Source: Bacteroidota bacterium
GTDB taxonomy: Bacteria; Bacteroidota; Bacteroidia; Bacteroidales; VadinHA17
Assembly (NCBI GenBank): GCA_011374625.1
Contig: DRPN01000168.1
Span: 1 to 56,805, forward strand
Direction: 5' to 3'
Length of the DNA: 56,805 nucleotides
In this document: positions 10,121 through 19,832 of the stretch, piece after piece
Position numbering within the stretch: position 1 is the first letter of the stretch
Layout of the letters: every line of letters begins with the position of its first letter
Made by a program: the position numbers and the translations under genes
The notes under the pieces: model-generated
What the model was told of the DNA's origin: nothing
Databases searched by the model: none
The model's input: the letters and a program-made list of their open reading frames with translations, nothing else

Positions 10121-10931
10121 AGTTTTCCAGCTTTTTCCGCTCTTTTTTTTGCAGATTACTGATCACGTCCACATACACCAGACACTTAAAATCTGTTGAC
10201 AGTTTTACGACAATAGTATAAAAATTCCCATTCACTACTTTAGCCTTTTCCACAGTCCCGATCATGATCCCTTCCGGAAAAATGGCTGAGAAACCACTGG
10301 TTACAACGGTATCGCCCAATTCAATCGACACATGATAGGGAATATCATTCAGGATTGCCCTGCGGTAATCTTGTCCATCCCAAGACAAAGTGCCAAAATA
10401 ATCGTTTTTTTTCAGTTTGGCACTCACATGAAAGTTTATGTTCAAAAGCGAAATCACCGAAGAAAAGTTTTTGGTAACACCGGCTGTTATTCCCACTATA
10501 CCTTCCGGACAGATCACCCCCATTTCGGGACTTATTCCCTGCTTCCTTCCCTTATCTATAGTCAGATAGTTATGCATCCTATTGACACTATTGTTGATCA
10601 CTCGTGCCGAGGTGAAAAAATATTTCTGACGGTGCAGGGTGTCTTGTTCTCCGATGAAGAAAAGATCGTCTGATCGATAAACACGCTGTAATTGATTTTT
10701 TAAACGTGTATTCTCAAGAGACAATTTCCGGTTGGTTTCTACCAGCTGAAAGTAATCCGAGAAAGAACTAATCGTTTCGTTAAAAAATGCCGATATGTTT
10801 TCGGTCGCCGACACAAACCGGGCCCGTTGGTACAAGCTATATTGAATACCCATTGATACAGCAATCACTTCAAGAATGAGAAAAAACAGAAAAAAGTAAT
10901 ATTTATATAAAAATCTTAAAAGGTTTCTCAT
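10113..10931 (-). CDS. mreC: Rod shape-determining protein MreC
   Basis: TM helix, coiled coil, IDKG...GIVG and GDTVVTSG...FPEGIMIG. Confidence 0.93.
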   Translation of the reverse strand: MRNLLRFLYKYYFFLFFLILEVIAVSMGIQYSLYQRARFVSATENISAFFNETISSFSDYFQLVETNRKLSLENTRLKNQLQRVYRSDDLFFIGEQDTLHRQKYFFTSARVINNSVNRMHNYLTIDKGRKQGISPEMGVICPEGIVGITAGVTKNFSSVISLLNINFHVSAKLKKNDYFGTLSWDGQDYRRAILNDIPYHVSIELGDTVVTSGFSAIFPEGIMIGTVEKAKVVNGNFYTIVVKLSTDFKCLVYVDVISNLQKKERKKLENYD

Positions 10932-10953
10932 TCATCAAACAACTGTTTAGGAG

Positions 10954-11976
10954 TTATCGCATCAGAAATGAAAATTTATCTACATTCTTCAAAGCAATAC
11001 CGGTTCCTCTGGCCACCGCATGCAGTGGATTTTCAGCTATATGGAACGGAATATTAATTTTATCGGTTAATCTTTTGTCCAACCCCCGCAGTAATGCGCC
11101 ACCTCCGGCCAGATAGATCCCATGCGAGACAATATCAGCATACAGTTCTGGTGGAGTTTGTTCCAGAACCCCCAGAATAGCTGTTTCAATCTTGGATATA
11201 GATTTGTCCAGACAATGAGCGACCTCTTGGTAAGATACCGGTACTTCAATAGGCAGGGCTGTCATCAGGTTAGGCCCGCGAACTACATAATCCTGTGGTG
11301 GCTCGTCCAGGTCAGTCATAGCAGACCCAACATTGATCTTAATATCTTCTGCCGTACGTTCGCCGATTTTGATATTATGCTGGTATCTCATATAAGCCTG
11401 GATATCTGCCGTGAAGACATCTCCAGCCACCCGGATGGATTTATTGGTCACAATTCCTCCAAGGGCAATAACCGCTATTTCCGTCGTTCCTCCACCAATG
11501 TCAATGACCATACTCCCTTCTGGGGCCTCCACATCAATTCCAATACCAATTGCTGCTGCCATAGGCTCATAAATCATATATACATCCCTTCCGCCTGCAT
11601 GTTCTGAAGAATCCCGTACAGCCCTGATCTCCACCTCAGTACTACCCGAGGGGATACATACTACCATACGTAAGGCAGGATTAAACAAGCGAGTTTTGTT
11701 ATTAATCATATTGATCATCCCCCGTATCATCAACTCAGCCGCATCAAAATCAGCGATCACTCCATCGCGCAACGGACGAATGGTTTTTATATTCTCATGC
11801 GTTTTCCCCTGCATCTGCCTCGCCTTGTCACCAATGGCAATCAACTTTCCGGTACTTGTATCCATGGCTACAATGGAAGGCTGATCTACTACAATCTTAT
11901 CATCATGAATAATAAGGGTATTAGCAGTACCTAAATCAATCGCAATCTCCTGCATCAATAATGAAAATAGTCCCAT
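10954..11976 (-). CDS. mreB: Actin-like rod shape protein MreB
   Basis: IDLGTANT, IRPLRDGVIADF, EPMAAAIG, DIGGGTT, GGGALLRG. Confidence 0.97.
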   Translation of the reverse strand: MGLFSLLMQEIAIDLGTANTLIIHDDKIVVDQPSIVAMDTSTGKLIAIGDKARQMQGKTHENIKTIRPLRDGVIADFDAAELMIRGMINMINNKTRLFNPALRMVVCIPSGSTEVEIRAVRDSSEHAGGRDVYMIYEPMAAAIGIGIDVEAPEGSMVIDIGGGTTEIAVIALGGIVTNKSIRVAGDVFTADIQAYMRYQHNIKIGERTAEDIKINVGSAMTDLDEPPQDYVVRGPNLMTALPIEVPVSYQEVAHCLDKSISKIETAILGVLEQTPPELYADIVSHGIYLAGGGALLRGLDKRLTDKINIPFHIAENPLHAVARGTGIALKNVDKFSFLMR

Positions 11977-12002
11977 AAATCTTTTCGTATTTTATTTATT
12001 TT

Positions 12003-13523
12003 CTAATGTTTAAAGTGTCTAATCCCTGTAAAGACCATGGCTATATCATGGTCATTACAATAATCAATAGATTCCTGATCCCGGATAGATCCACCTGGTT
12101 GTACTACAGCACTGATACCTGCTTCGTGGGCTAGTTGCACCGAATCAGGAAACGGGAAAAAGGCATCGGAAGCCATTACTGCTCCTTTCAGATCAAAACC
12201 AAAACGTCTTGCTTTCTCCACAGCCTGTTTCATGGCGTCAATCCTGGAAGTCTGCCCGATACCATGACCCAGCAATTGTTTGTCTTTCACCAGCACTATT
12301 GCATTTGACTTGGAATGCTTTACCAAAATATTGGCAAACAACAGATCCTCTACTTCTGCTTCTGAAGGTTTCCGGTGTGTAACCGCTTTCAGATCCTCCG
12401 GCGTCTCTGTTTTATTATCCCGATCCTGCACCAATACCCCGTTGAGTGCCGTACGGAATATCTGCTTGGTAAATATAGCTTTTTTTCTCTTCAGAATAAT
12501 CCTTTTCTTCTTGGTTTTCAGTATCTTAAGCGCTTCCGGCATATAATCGGGAGCCATGATCACTTCAAAAAAAAGCTTGTTGATGTCTGCTGCCGTTTCT
12601 TCATCCACCACACTGTTGGTAGCCAGAATCCCTCCGAAAGCCGACACCGGATCTCCCGCCAAAGCATCCTTCCAAGCTTCAAACAAATTGCTTCGTATAG
12701 CAGCACCACAAGCATTGTTGTGTTTGAAAACGGCAAAAGCCGTATCGGAAAACTCAGCAATTAAACCCTCGGCAGCATCTATGTCAAGCAGGTTGTTATA
12801 AGAGATCTCTTTCCCATGGATCTGATCAAACCACGATTCAAAATCTCCAAAGAAATAAGCTTGTTGATGGGGATTCTCCCCATAACGCAATTTATTTCCA
12901 GAAGAAACACTCTGTTTGAATGATGGAATATTTTCGTCCCGGTTAAACCAATTAAATATCTGCGTATCATAATGAGAACTCACCTCGAAAGCCTGAGCGG
13001 CAAAGTGCCGGCGCTCTTTCGAGGTGGTAATCCCCTGCTTGTTTTCAAGAATCTCCAGCAGATCCTGATATTGACCTTTATGTGAAATTACCAACACATC
13101 CTTAAAGTTTTTTGCAGCAGCGCGGATCAGGGATATCCCTCCGATGTCAATTTTCTCAATCACGGAAGCCTCATCGGCTCCCGATTTCACGGTCTCCTCA
13201 AAAGGATAAAGATCAACCAGTACAAGGTCTATGGGAGGAATCTCATATTCCTTCATCTCCTGCCTGTCTCCGGAAAGTTCACGACGTGCCAATATCCCCC
13301 CGAAAATCTTGGGATGAAGAGTCTTTACCCGCCCTCCCAGGATAGAAGGATAGGCAGTAATTTCCTCCACCGGGGTTACAGAAATTCCCAGCTCACTGAT
13401 AAATTTCTGTGTACCACCGGTAGAATAGATCCGCACATTCATTTCATCCAACTTCCGGACAATATTTTCCAGACCCTCTTTACGAAAAACGGATATAAGC
13501 GCAGTCTCAATTTTTTTCTCCAT
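12003..13523 (-). CDS. purH: Bifunctional AICAR formyltransferase/IMP cyclohydrolase
   Basis: GRVKTLHP, IDIGG, LRYGENPHQ, KHNNACG, ASDAFFPF, RHFKH C-terminus. Confidence 0.97.
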   Translation of the reverse strand: MEKKIETALISVFRKEGLENIVRKLDEMNVRIYSTGGTQKFISELGISVTPVEEITAYPSILGGRVKTLHPKIFGGILARRELSGDRQEMKEYEIPPIDLVLVDLYPFEETVKSGADEASVIEKIDIGGISLIRAAAKNFKDVLVISHKGQYQDLLEILENKQGITTSKERRHFAAQAFEVSSHYDTQIFNWFNRDENIPSFKQSVSSGNKLRYGENPHQQAYFFGDFESWFDQIHGKEISYNNLLDIDAAEGLIAEFSDTAFAVFKHNNACGAAIRSNLFEAWKDALAGDPVSAFGGILATNSVVDEETAADINKLFFEVIMAPDYMPEALKILKTKKKRIILKRKKAIFTKQIFRTALNGVLVQDRDNKTETPEDLKAVTHRKPSEAEVEDLLFANILVKHSKSNAIVLVKDKQLLGHGIGQTSRIDAMKQAVEKARRFGFDLKGAVMASDAFFPFPDSVQLAHEAGISAVVQPGGSIRDQESIDYCNDHDIAMVFTGIRHFKH

Positions 13524-13709
13524 AATATCGTTATTGTTTTATCTTATTAAATATCTATTAGTTATAAAAATCTTGCTAATAATCATATTTTAGCTGTAAA
13601 ATTAGATAAATTTATTCAGATAGCCCTGCCTAATTATAATATTTTCAAGTAAAAAAGAGTTTTGTAGTATTGTAAGGTTTGTGTAATTTCCCTGCCAAAA
13701 TAAAATATC

Positions 13710-14960
13710 ATGATCTTTTTCCGTTTATTACGAGAAAGTTTTATTTTTTCGATGCAGGCCATCAGGGTAAATAAATTACGTACATTCCTGACACTATTAG
13801 GTATTACCATTGGAATTTTCGCCATTATTTCCGTCTTTACCGTGCTTGACTGGATGGAAAATTCCATCCGTACCAGCATTTCTTCTCTGGGCAATGATAT
13901 TATCTACGTTCAAAAATGGCCCTGGGTATTTAATCCTGATGTAAAATGGTGGGAGATTATGCGATGGCCTGTTCCGTCCCTGGAAGAATATCAAAAGCTG
14001 AAACGCCGTTCCAAATGTGCCGAAGGCATGTGTTTTATGGTATCCGCCAATGCAAATATCTCTTACCACAGTAATACAGCAAAGGACATTGCTTTTGTGA
14101 GCGCCACAAAAGACTTTGAAGATATACGCTCATTTGATATTGAAAAGGGTCGTTTTTTCTCCGATTTCGAAGACCAAAGCGGAAAAAACGGGGTCGTTCT
14201 TGGCCATGATATTGCAAAAAGCTTATTTGACAATATGGATCCCATCGGAAAAAGAGTGACGATAATGAGGAAAAAACTTATAGTCATTGGCGTTTTTAAG
14301 AAAGAGGGAGCCGGAGGTATCGGGGACCAGGGATTGGATAAGGTTGCCTTTGTTCCTATCAATTTTGGCCGTAATGTGGTCAACCTGCGCAGCGAATCGC
14401 TGAATCCGATTATTATGATCAAGGCCAAACCGGGTGTTTCCCTCCTTGAGCTGAAAGATGAGATCACCGGTATCCTGCGTAGTATCCGGAGGCTAAAACC
14501 TTCCGCCCCGGACAACTTTTCCATCAACCAGGCCAGTATGTTGTCCCAGGGAATGAAATCAATTTTTAGCATGGTTAATCTGGCAGGTTGGATCATCGGC
14601 AGCTTTTCCATACTGGTGGGTGGCTTCGGTATTGCCAACATCATGTTCGTCTCAGTCAAGGAACGTACACGTATCATCGGTATCCAGAAGTCCTTGGGAG
14701 CAAAAAACAGTTTTATTCTGCAGCAATTCCTGTATGAATCGGTTATTCTCTCCCTTATGGGGGGAATCCTTGGACTGCTGATCATCTACTTTGGCACTCT
14801 GATCATCAACCACTCCCAAGACCTCACCATCACCCTTACACTGAAGAATATCATTCTGGGGCTTTCAATCTCCGGAGCCATCGGCGTACTCTCCGGTTAT
14901 ACCCCCGCTTTCAGGGCCTCCCGGCTGAATCCCGTGGAAGCTATGGCGTCAACATTTTAG
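13710..14960 (+). CDS. ABC transporter permease, MacB/FtsX family
   Basis: NKLRTFLTLLGITIG, GGFGIANIMFVSVKERTRIIG, PAFRASRLNPVEA. Confidence 0.9.
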   Translation: MIFFRLLRESFIFSMQAIRVNKLRTFLTLLGITIGIFAIISVFTVLDWMENSIRTSISSLGNDIIYVQKWPWVFNPDVKWWEIMRWPVPSLEEYQKLKRRSKCAEGMCFMVSANANISYHSNTAKDIAFVSATKDFEDIRSFDIEKGRFFSDFEDQSGKNGVVLGHDIAKSLFDNMDPIGKRVTIMRKKLIVIGVFKKEGAGGIGDQGLDKVAFVPINFGRNVVNLRSESLNPIIMIKAKPGVSLLELKDEITGILRSIRRLKPSAPDNFSINQASMLSQGMKSIFSMVNLAGWIIGSFSILVGGFGIANIMFVSVKERTRIIGIQKSLGAKNSFILQQFLYESVILSLMGGILGLLIIYFGTLIINHSQDLTITLTLKNIILGLSISGAIGVLSGYTPAFRASRLNPVEAMASTF

Positions 14961-15091
14961 TTTAGAGTTTGGAGTTTGCTGTTCTGAGATGGTTTCAGTA
15001 AACATTCCTTTCGTGACAATCATTACAAACCCCGATAGGGATAAAGTACCCTCCTGAAGGAAGTCCAGTAGCGTAATCGGACATAATAATA

Positions 15092-15859
15092 TCAGTCATT
15101 CCTTTTTATCTTCTTGCACAATTCCACAAATTCTTCCACACTCAGTTGCTCGGCCCGGCGATTCAGCATATTCAAAGAAACCATATCATCCGGCAGAAAA
15201 CCTTTCAGCGCATTCCGTAGTGTTTTTCGCCGCTGGTTGAATGCTCTTTTCACCAAAGTAAAATAGGTTACTTCCGGACAAGACAGCTTCTTTCTTTCAT
15301 TTCGCACCAGCCGGATCACAGCCGATTTCACCCTGGGCCGCGGATAAAAGACCTGCTCGGGAACGGTAAACAAATATTCCGCATGATAAAAAGTCTGTAA
15401 TAATACACTCAGCAAGCCGAAAGTTTTGGATCCAGGCAGACTTACCAGCCGCTCAGCCACCTCTTTCTGTATCATAGCCACCACCTCCGAAACCCTATCC
15501 CTGAGTTCCAGAACTCTGTATAAAATCGGACTGGTAATATGATAAGGGAAGTTGCCGATGATGGCTATTTCTTCATCATTGCCGGGTGGTAATACAAATT
15601 TTAAAAAGTCTTCGGCAATGATCCTTTCCCGTATCTCCGGAAACCTTTCCCGCAGCCATGCCACCGAATCTTCATCAATTTCAATCAGAAAAAGTTTTTC
15701 TCCGAATTTTTCCACCAGAAACTCCGTAAGAATACCGTAACCCGGTCCTATTTCATAAACCCTACCAGCATTCCCGGCATTTAACACTCCGGCAATCTTA
15801 CGGGCTATATTCTTGTCTTGCAGATAATTCTGACTGAGTGACTTTCTGGGATGATACAT
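15092..15859 (-). CDS. rsmA: 16S rRNA m6,2A1518/1519 dimethyltransferase
   Basis: KSLSQNYL, EIGPGYG, GNFPYHIT, QKEVAER, FNQRRKTLRN. Confidence 0.95.
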   Translation of the reverse strand: MYHPRKSLSQNYLQDKNIARKIAGVLNAGNAGRVYEIGPGYGILTEFLVEKFGEKLFLIEIDEDSVAWLRERFPEIRERIIAEDFLKFVLPPGNDEEIAIIGNFPYHITSPILYRVLELRDRVSEVVAMIQKEVAERLVSLPGSKTFGLLSVLLQTFYHAEYLFTVPEQVFYPRPRVKSAVIRLVRNERKKLSCPEVTYFTLVKRAFNQRRKTLRNALKGFLPDDMVSLNMLNRRAEQLSVEEFVELCKKIKRND

Positions 15860-16060
15860 TGTTTCCCATTATTATTAAAACCGAAAAGTAACAATTTTCC
15901 CCCTGATTTGTTTGCAATGAATATATCTTTTAACGAAAAACATTCGCGTTTTCATCAAATACAGGTTGACATCCAGATAAATTTTTCTTTATATTATTTC
16001 TGGAATCGGTAATCCAGACCATGATTAATTTTTTCTTTTGATTTATGTGTTTTATTATAA

Positions 16061-16160
16061 TGAAGAAAATAAAAATTTTCTTCACCCATATAACCCGTTA
16101 CTCACAGTAAAACTGTTCGTGAGCCCGCTGTGCTCGGTTCACTCTCACAAGAATTTTTTG
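16061..16160. repeat. Dispersed 100-bp hairpin-containing repeat, copy A
   Basis: Its reverse complement matches 56221-56320 at 90/100 positions without gaps (manual alignment). Confidence 0.92.
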
Positions 16161-16538
16161 TAGCCTATTTTTAATCATTCCGTATTGTCTGACTACAAAA
16201 CTTACCGGTTTGACACAGCAGACACTACTGGCAACCGGAGGAAAAGCCAAAGGATCCGGGGGGATTGTAACCTTTACTGCAGAACACACCCAGGAAAGTC
16301 TTTCCGGAAATGGGAAGACCGTTCGGCAAAAGGTGTCCAGATCCCTTATGAGATCTATATGGTCGAAGGGAAAAAGGAATATCCCGGTAAGACGGTTTCT
16401 TTTTAAGGAAAAACAAACGAACCAATCAGGGGATTTGACTTCGTAAAGCTGCAGAAGGTAAACCTTGTACCTAAGTGCCTGGTTTTTAATTCCTGATTAA
16501 AGCTTTGGTAAAGGGGGATTATTTTTTACATATTTCAT

Positions 16539-16546
16539 TATCTTTG
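16539..16546 (+). promoter_or_regulatory. Bacteroidota -7 element (TATCTTTG) for malY-carA
   Basis: TAnnTTTG match ending 18 nt before the ATG at 16565. Confidence 0.6.
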
Positions 16547-16564
16547 CCGCAATAATTTAACGAT

Positions 16565-17752
16565 ATGAATAAACAGGATTTCGATTTTGACCGGCTGATT
16601 GACCGCAGAGATACTCATTCTTTTAAATATGACGGACTGCAGAAGGTGCTCGGAACAGACGAGGTTATACCCATGTGGATAGCAGACATGGACTTTGCCG
16701 TGCCTCCGGCCGTGAGTAAAGCCATCATTAAAAGAGCAGAACATCCTATTTATGGATACACTTTCCGGCCTGATTCTTACTATGAAAGTATCGTCCGGTG
16801 GATGGACAAACGGCACGGATGGAATATTGAAAAAGAATGGATTCAATACTGTCCGGGGGTTGTTCCTGCACTTAACATGGCGGTACAGGGCTTTACGGAA
16901 CCCGGTGAAGGGGTGATCCTACAGTCACCTATCTATCATCCTTTCTTTCATGCCATTAATCTGAATCATCGCAAGCTGCTCAACAACCAGTTAAAAGAAC
17001 TCGAAGACGGCACTTATATCATTGATTTTGACGACCTGGTTGAAAAAGCCAAAGAGGCTAGGCTATTACTTCTCAGCAATCCCCACAACCCTGTCGGCCG
17101 TTCCTGGGATGAAGACGAACTGCGCACCCTGGGCGAGATCTGTACAGCAAATAACCTGCTGGTCGTTTCCGATGAGATCCATGCTGACCTAACCCTCCCG
17201 GGACACCATCACATCCCATTGGCCAGCCTCTCGGAAGAGATTGCATCTCATACCATCACCTGCATATCCCCCAGTAAAACCTTCAACTTAGGCGGACTGA
17301 ACACTTCCTCAGTGATTATCAGTGATCCAGAGGTACGGAAACGTTTTGAAGAAGTAATAGAAAGCCTGCACCTTGGTATGGGCAACCTTTTCGGCATGGA
17401 AGCCTCTATCGCTGCATACAATCACGGAGAAAAATGGCTGGATGCCTTACTGAAATACATACAAGGAAACATTGATTTTGCCCGTTCCTTTCTCAAAGAA
17501 AAACTACCCGGGATTGGAATGTCTCCTATAGAGGCTACTTATCTGCTTTGGCTTGATTTCCGGAAAACAGGCATGAACAACGATGAACTACATAAGTTTA
17601 TGATCAATAAAGCCAAAGTGGGTAGCAATGACGGAACCATGTACGGACCGGGAGGAGAAGGATTTCAACGCCTTAATGTAGCCTGCCCTCACAGTATCGT
17701 TGAAGAAGCTTTTATCCGTATTTACAATGCTTTTAGCACTATATCAAAATGA
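16565..17752 (+). CDS. PLP-dependent C-S lyase, MalY/PatB family (cystathionine beta-lyase-like)
   Basis: PMWIADMDF, YGYT, NPHNPVGR, SDEIHAD, SPSKTFN with the PLP lysine. Confidence 0.92.
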   Translation: MNKQDFDFDRLIDRRDTHSFKYDGLQKVLGTDEVIPMWIADMDFAVPPAVSKAIIKRAEHPIYGYTFRPDSYYESIVRWMDKRHGWNIEKEWIQYCPGVVPALNMAVQGFTEPGEGVILQSPIYHPFFHAINLNHRKLLNNQLKELEDGTYIIDFDDLVEKAKEARLLLLSNPHNPVGRSWDEDELRTLGEICTANNLLVVSDEIHADLTLPGHHHIPLASLSEEIASHTITCISPSKTFNLGGLNTSSVIISDPEVRKRFEEVIESLHLGMGNLFGMEASIAAYNHGEKWLDALLKYIQGNIDFARSFLKEKLPGIGMSPIEATYLLWLDFRKTGMNNDELHKFMINKAKVGSNDGTMYGPGGEGFQRLNVACPHSIVEEAFIRIYNAFSTISK

Positions 17753-18840
17753 ATAGTCTCACTACCCGCAAAGCAAAACTGATACTGGAAGATGATACTA
17801 TCTTGGAAGGAAAATCTTTCGGTTATGAAAAATCCGTTTCCGGTGAGGTGGTCTTCAATACGGCCATGACCGGCTATCCTGAAAGTCTCACCGATCCTTC
17901 TTATAAAGGTCAAATTCTGGTCTTGACCTACCCGCTGATCGGAAATTACGGAGCACCTCATAAAGAGATGGAAAACGACCTGCTGAAGTTCCATGAGTCC
18001 AACCGCATCCACATCCAGGCACTTGTTGTATCGGATTATTCCTTCCGGTACAGTCATTGGAACGCCCAGGATAGTCTGGCTCAATGGCTGAAAGATAATA
18101 AGGTACCAGGAATCTTTGGCATTGATACCCGTGCCCTGACCAAAAAACTACGGGAAAAAGGTACTATGTTGGGAAAAATTGTTTTCGGCGAAGAAGAAGT
18201 GGATTTCTATGATCCGTCCCTAGAAAACCTGGTGGCACAGGTAAGCTGCACAAAAAAACATGTTTATGGAAAGGGAAAATACAAAATACTTTTAGTGGAC
18301 TGCGGGGTAAAATACAATATCATTCGCTATCTGCTGCAGCGTGATACTACGGTCATACGGGTACCCTGGAATCATCCTATCCACACGGAAGCTTATGACG
18401 GATTGTTCATCTCGAACGGCCCGGGAAACCCTAAACTTTGTCTGGACACTATTGATAACCTTAACAGAGCCATAAAGCAAGATACTCCAATTTTCGGTAT
18501 CTGTCTGGGTAACCAGCTTCTCTCGCTGGCATCCGGCGCAGATACCTACAAACTGAAATATGGCCACCGCAGCCACAACCAGCCGGTGCTGAAGGTAGGT
18601 ACAGACAAAGCATATATCACCGCTCAGAACCATGGCTATGCTGTAGATAATAACACCCTTCCCGGAGACTGGGAACCCTTGTTCATCAATATCAACGACA
18701 ACACCAACGAGGGCATGAGACACAAAACCAAACCTTTTTTTTCCACACAGTTTCATCCGGAAGCATCCGGCGGTCCTACCGATACGGCATATCTGTTCGA
18801 TGTGTTTGTGGATGCCATCGCAAAATACAAAGGGGATTAG
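17749..18840 (+). CDS. carA: Carbamoyl-phosphate synthase small (glutaminase) subunit
   Basis: GEVVFNTAMTGYPESLTDPSY, SNGPG, GICLG (catalytic Cys), QNHGY, QFHPE. Confidence 0.96.
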   Translation: MNSLTTRKAKLILEDDTILEGKSFGYEKSVSGEVVFNTAMTGYPESLTDPSYKGQILVLTYPLIGNYGAPHKEMENDLLKFHESNRIHIQALVVSDYSFRYSHWNAQDSLAQWLKDNKVPGIFGIDTRALTKKLREKGTMLGKIVFGEEEVDFYDPSLENLVAQVSCTKKHVYGKGKYKILLVDCGVKYNIIRYLLQRDTTVIRVPWNHPIHTEAYDGLFISNGPGNPKLCLDTIDNLNRAIKQDTPIFGICLGNQLLSLASGADTYKLKYGHRSHNQPVLKVGTDKAYITAQNHGYAVDNNTLPGDWEPLFININDNTNEGMRHKTKPFFSTQFHPEASGGPTDTAYLFDVFVDAIAKYKGD

Positions 18841-18920
18841 AACCCCAGACACAAAATTTTGAAACCCGATTATATTAAAATAAACATCTACAAAATACAT
18901 TATAAATAATGGTCATTCTT

Positions 18921-18948
18921 AGCTCCTACATAGGGGCATACGTAGGAA
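18921..18948. repeat. 28-bp palindrome (CTACGTA-type), copy A
   Basis: Its reverse complement matches 56396-56423 at 20/28; five of the eight mismatches fall in the central spacer. Confidence 0.55.
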
Positions 18949-19075
18949 GGATGTTCGGCAAACATTATTTGACGAACGGATATTTTATAAAACCATTAAC
19001 TATGTAACTATGAACCAAGAATCCATGCCCGCCAAAGTCATGCAAAAACGACAGCGGGACTAACACAAAACCAAA

Positions 19076-19666
19076 ATGTCCAAAAAACTCTGGAAACCCG
19101 GAAATATGCTCTATCCTCTTCCGGCAGTGATGGTCAGTTGCGGAACCCGGCCGGAAGATTACAACATCATCACCCTTTCCTGGACCGGCACGATCAACTC
19201 GGAACCACCGATGGTTTCCATTTCGGTACGGAAAGAACGTTACTCCTATCATATCATCAAAAACGCAGAGGAATTCGTAATCAATCTGACGACCCGTGAC
19301 ATGGCCCGTGCCACCGACTGGTGCGGGGTAAGATCGGGCCGGAACTACAATAAATTCAAAGAAACAGGATTAACCCCTGACTTTTCCGGCACTCTGAACA
19401 CCCCCCTGATCAGCGAATCACCTGTAAACATCGAATGCCAGGTAGCAAAAATCATCGAGCTGGGAAGTCACGATATGTTCCTGGCCAAAGTAGTTGCAAT
19501 CCATGTGGAAGAACAATATCTGGATAAAAAAACAGGAGCCTTCGACTTGCGTCAGACCAACCCTATCGTTTATCTTCATGGCAGCTACTATATTCTCGGA
19601 GAAAAGCTGGGCCGTTTCGGATTCTCAGTCAGGAAAAAAAGAAAAAAAACAAAACCCGATCTATAA
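19076..19666 (+). CDS. Flavin reductase-like (flavoredoxin) family protein
   Basis: LYPLPAVMVS, EFVINL, CGVRSG, ELGSHDMF. Confidence 0.88.
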   Translation: MSKKLWKPGNMLYPLPAVMVSCGTRPEDYNIITLSWTGTINSEPPMVSISVRKERYSYHIIKNAEEFVINLTTRDMARATDWCGVRSGRNYNKFKETGLTPDFSGTLNTPLISESPVNIECQVAKIIELGSHDMFLAKVVAIHVEEQYLDKKTGAFDLRQTNPIVYLHGSYYILGEKLGRFGFSVRKKRKKTKPDL

Positions 19667-19832
19667 TTTTATCCCGGAAACAAACCTGTCGGAATACCCC
19701 GGATGAAAAACAAAATATTATCACTAAATTTACCGGACTTATTTCGGTATTGATTTTTCTACCATATCGTATTATTATACATATACCAATTAGAACAACA
19801 TACGTTTAAAAAAATAATTAAAACCCGGAAAA

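Noticed and set aside
14063-14785. 240-aa minus-strand ORF
   Set aside because: It is antisense to the ABC permease and has no recognisable motifs.
16061-16160. The 100-bp repeat as a riboswitch or leader for malY
   Set aside because: malY has its own -7 element at 16539, about 380 nt downstream of the repeat, and the genes next to the two copies are functionally unrelated.
16294-16306. 13-mer GAAAGTCTTTCCG shared with about 22995-23007
   Set aside because: The match is short and the flanks do not align, so chance is plausible.
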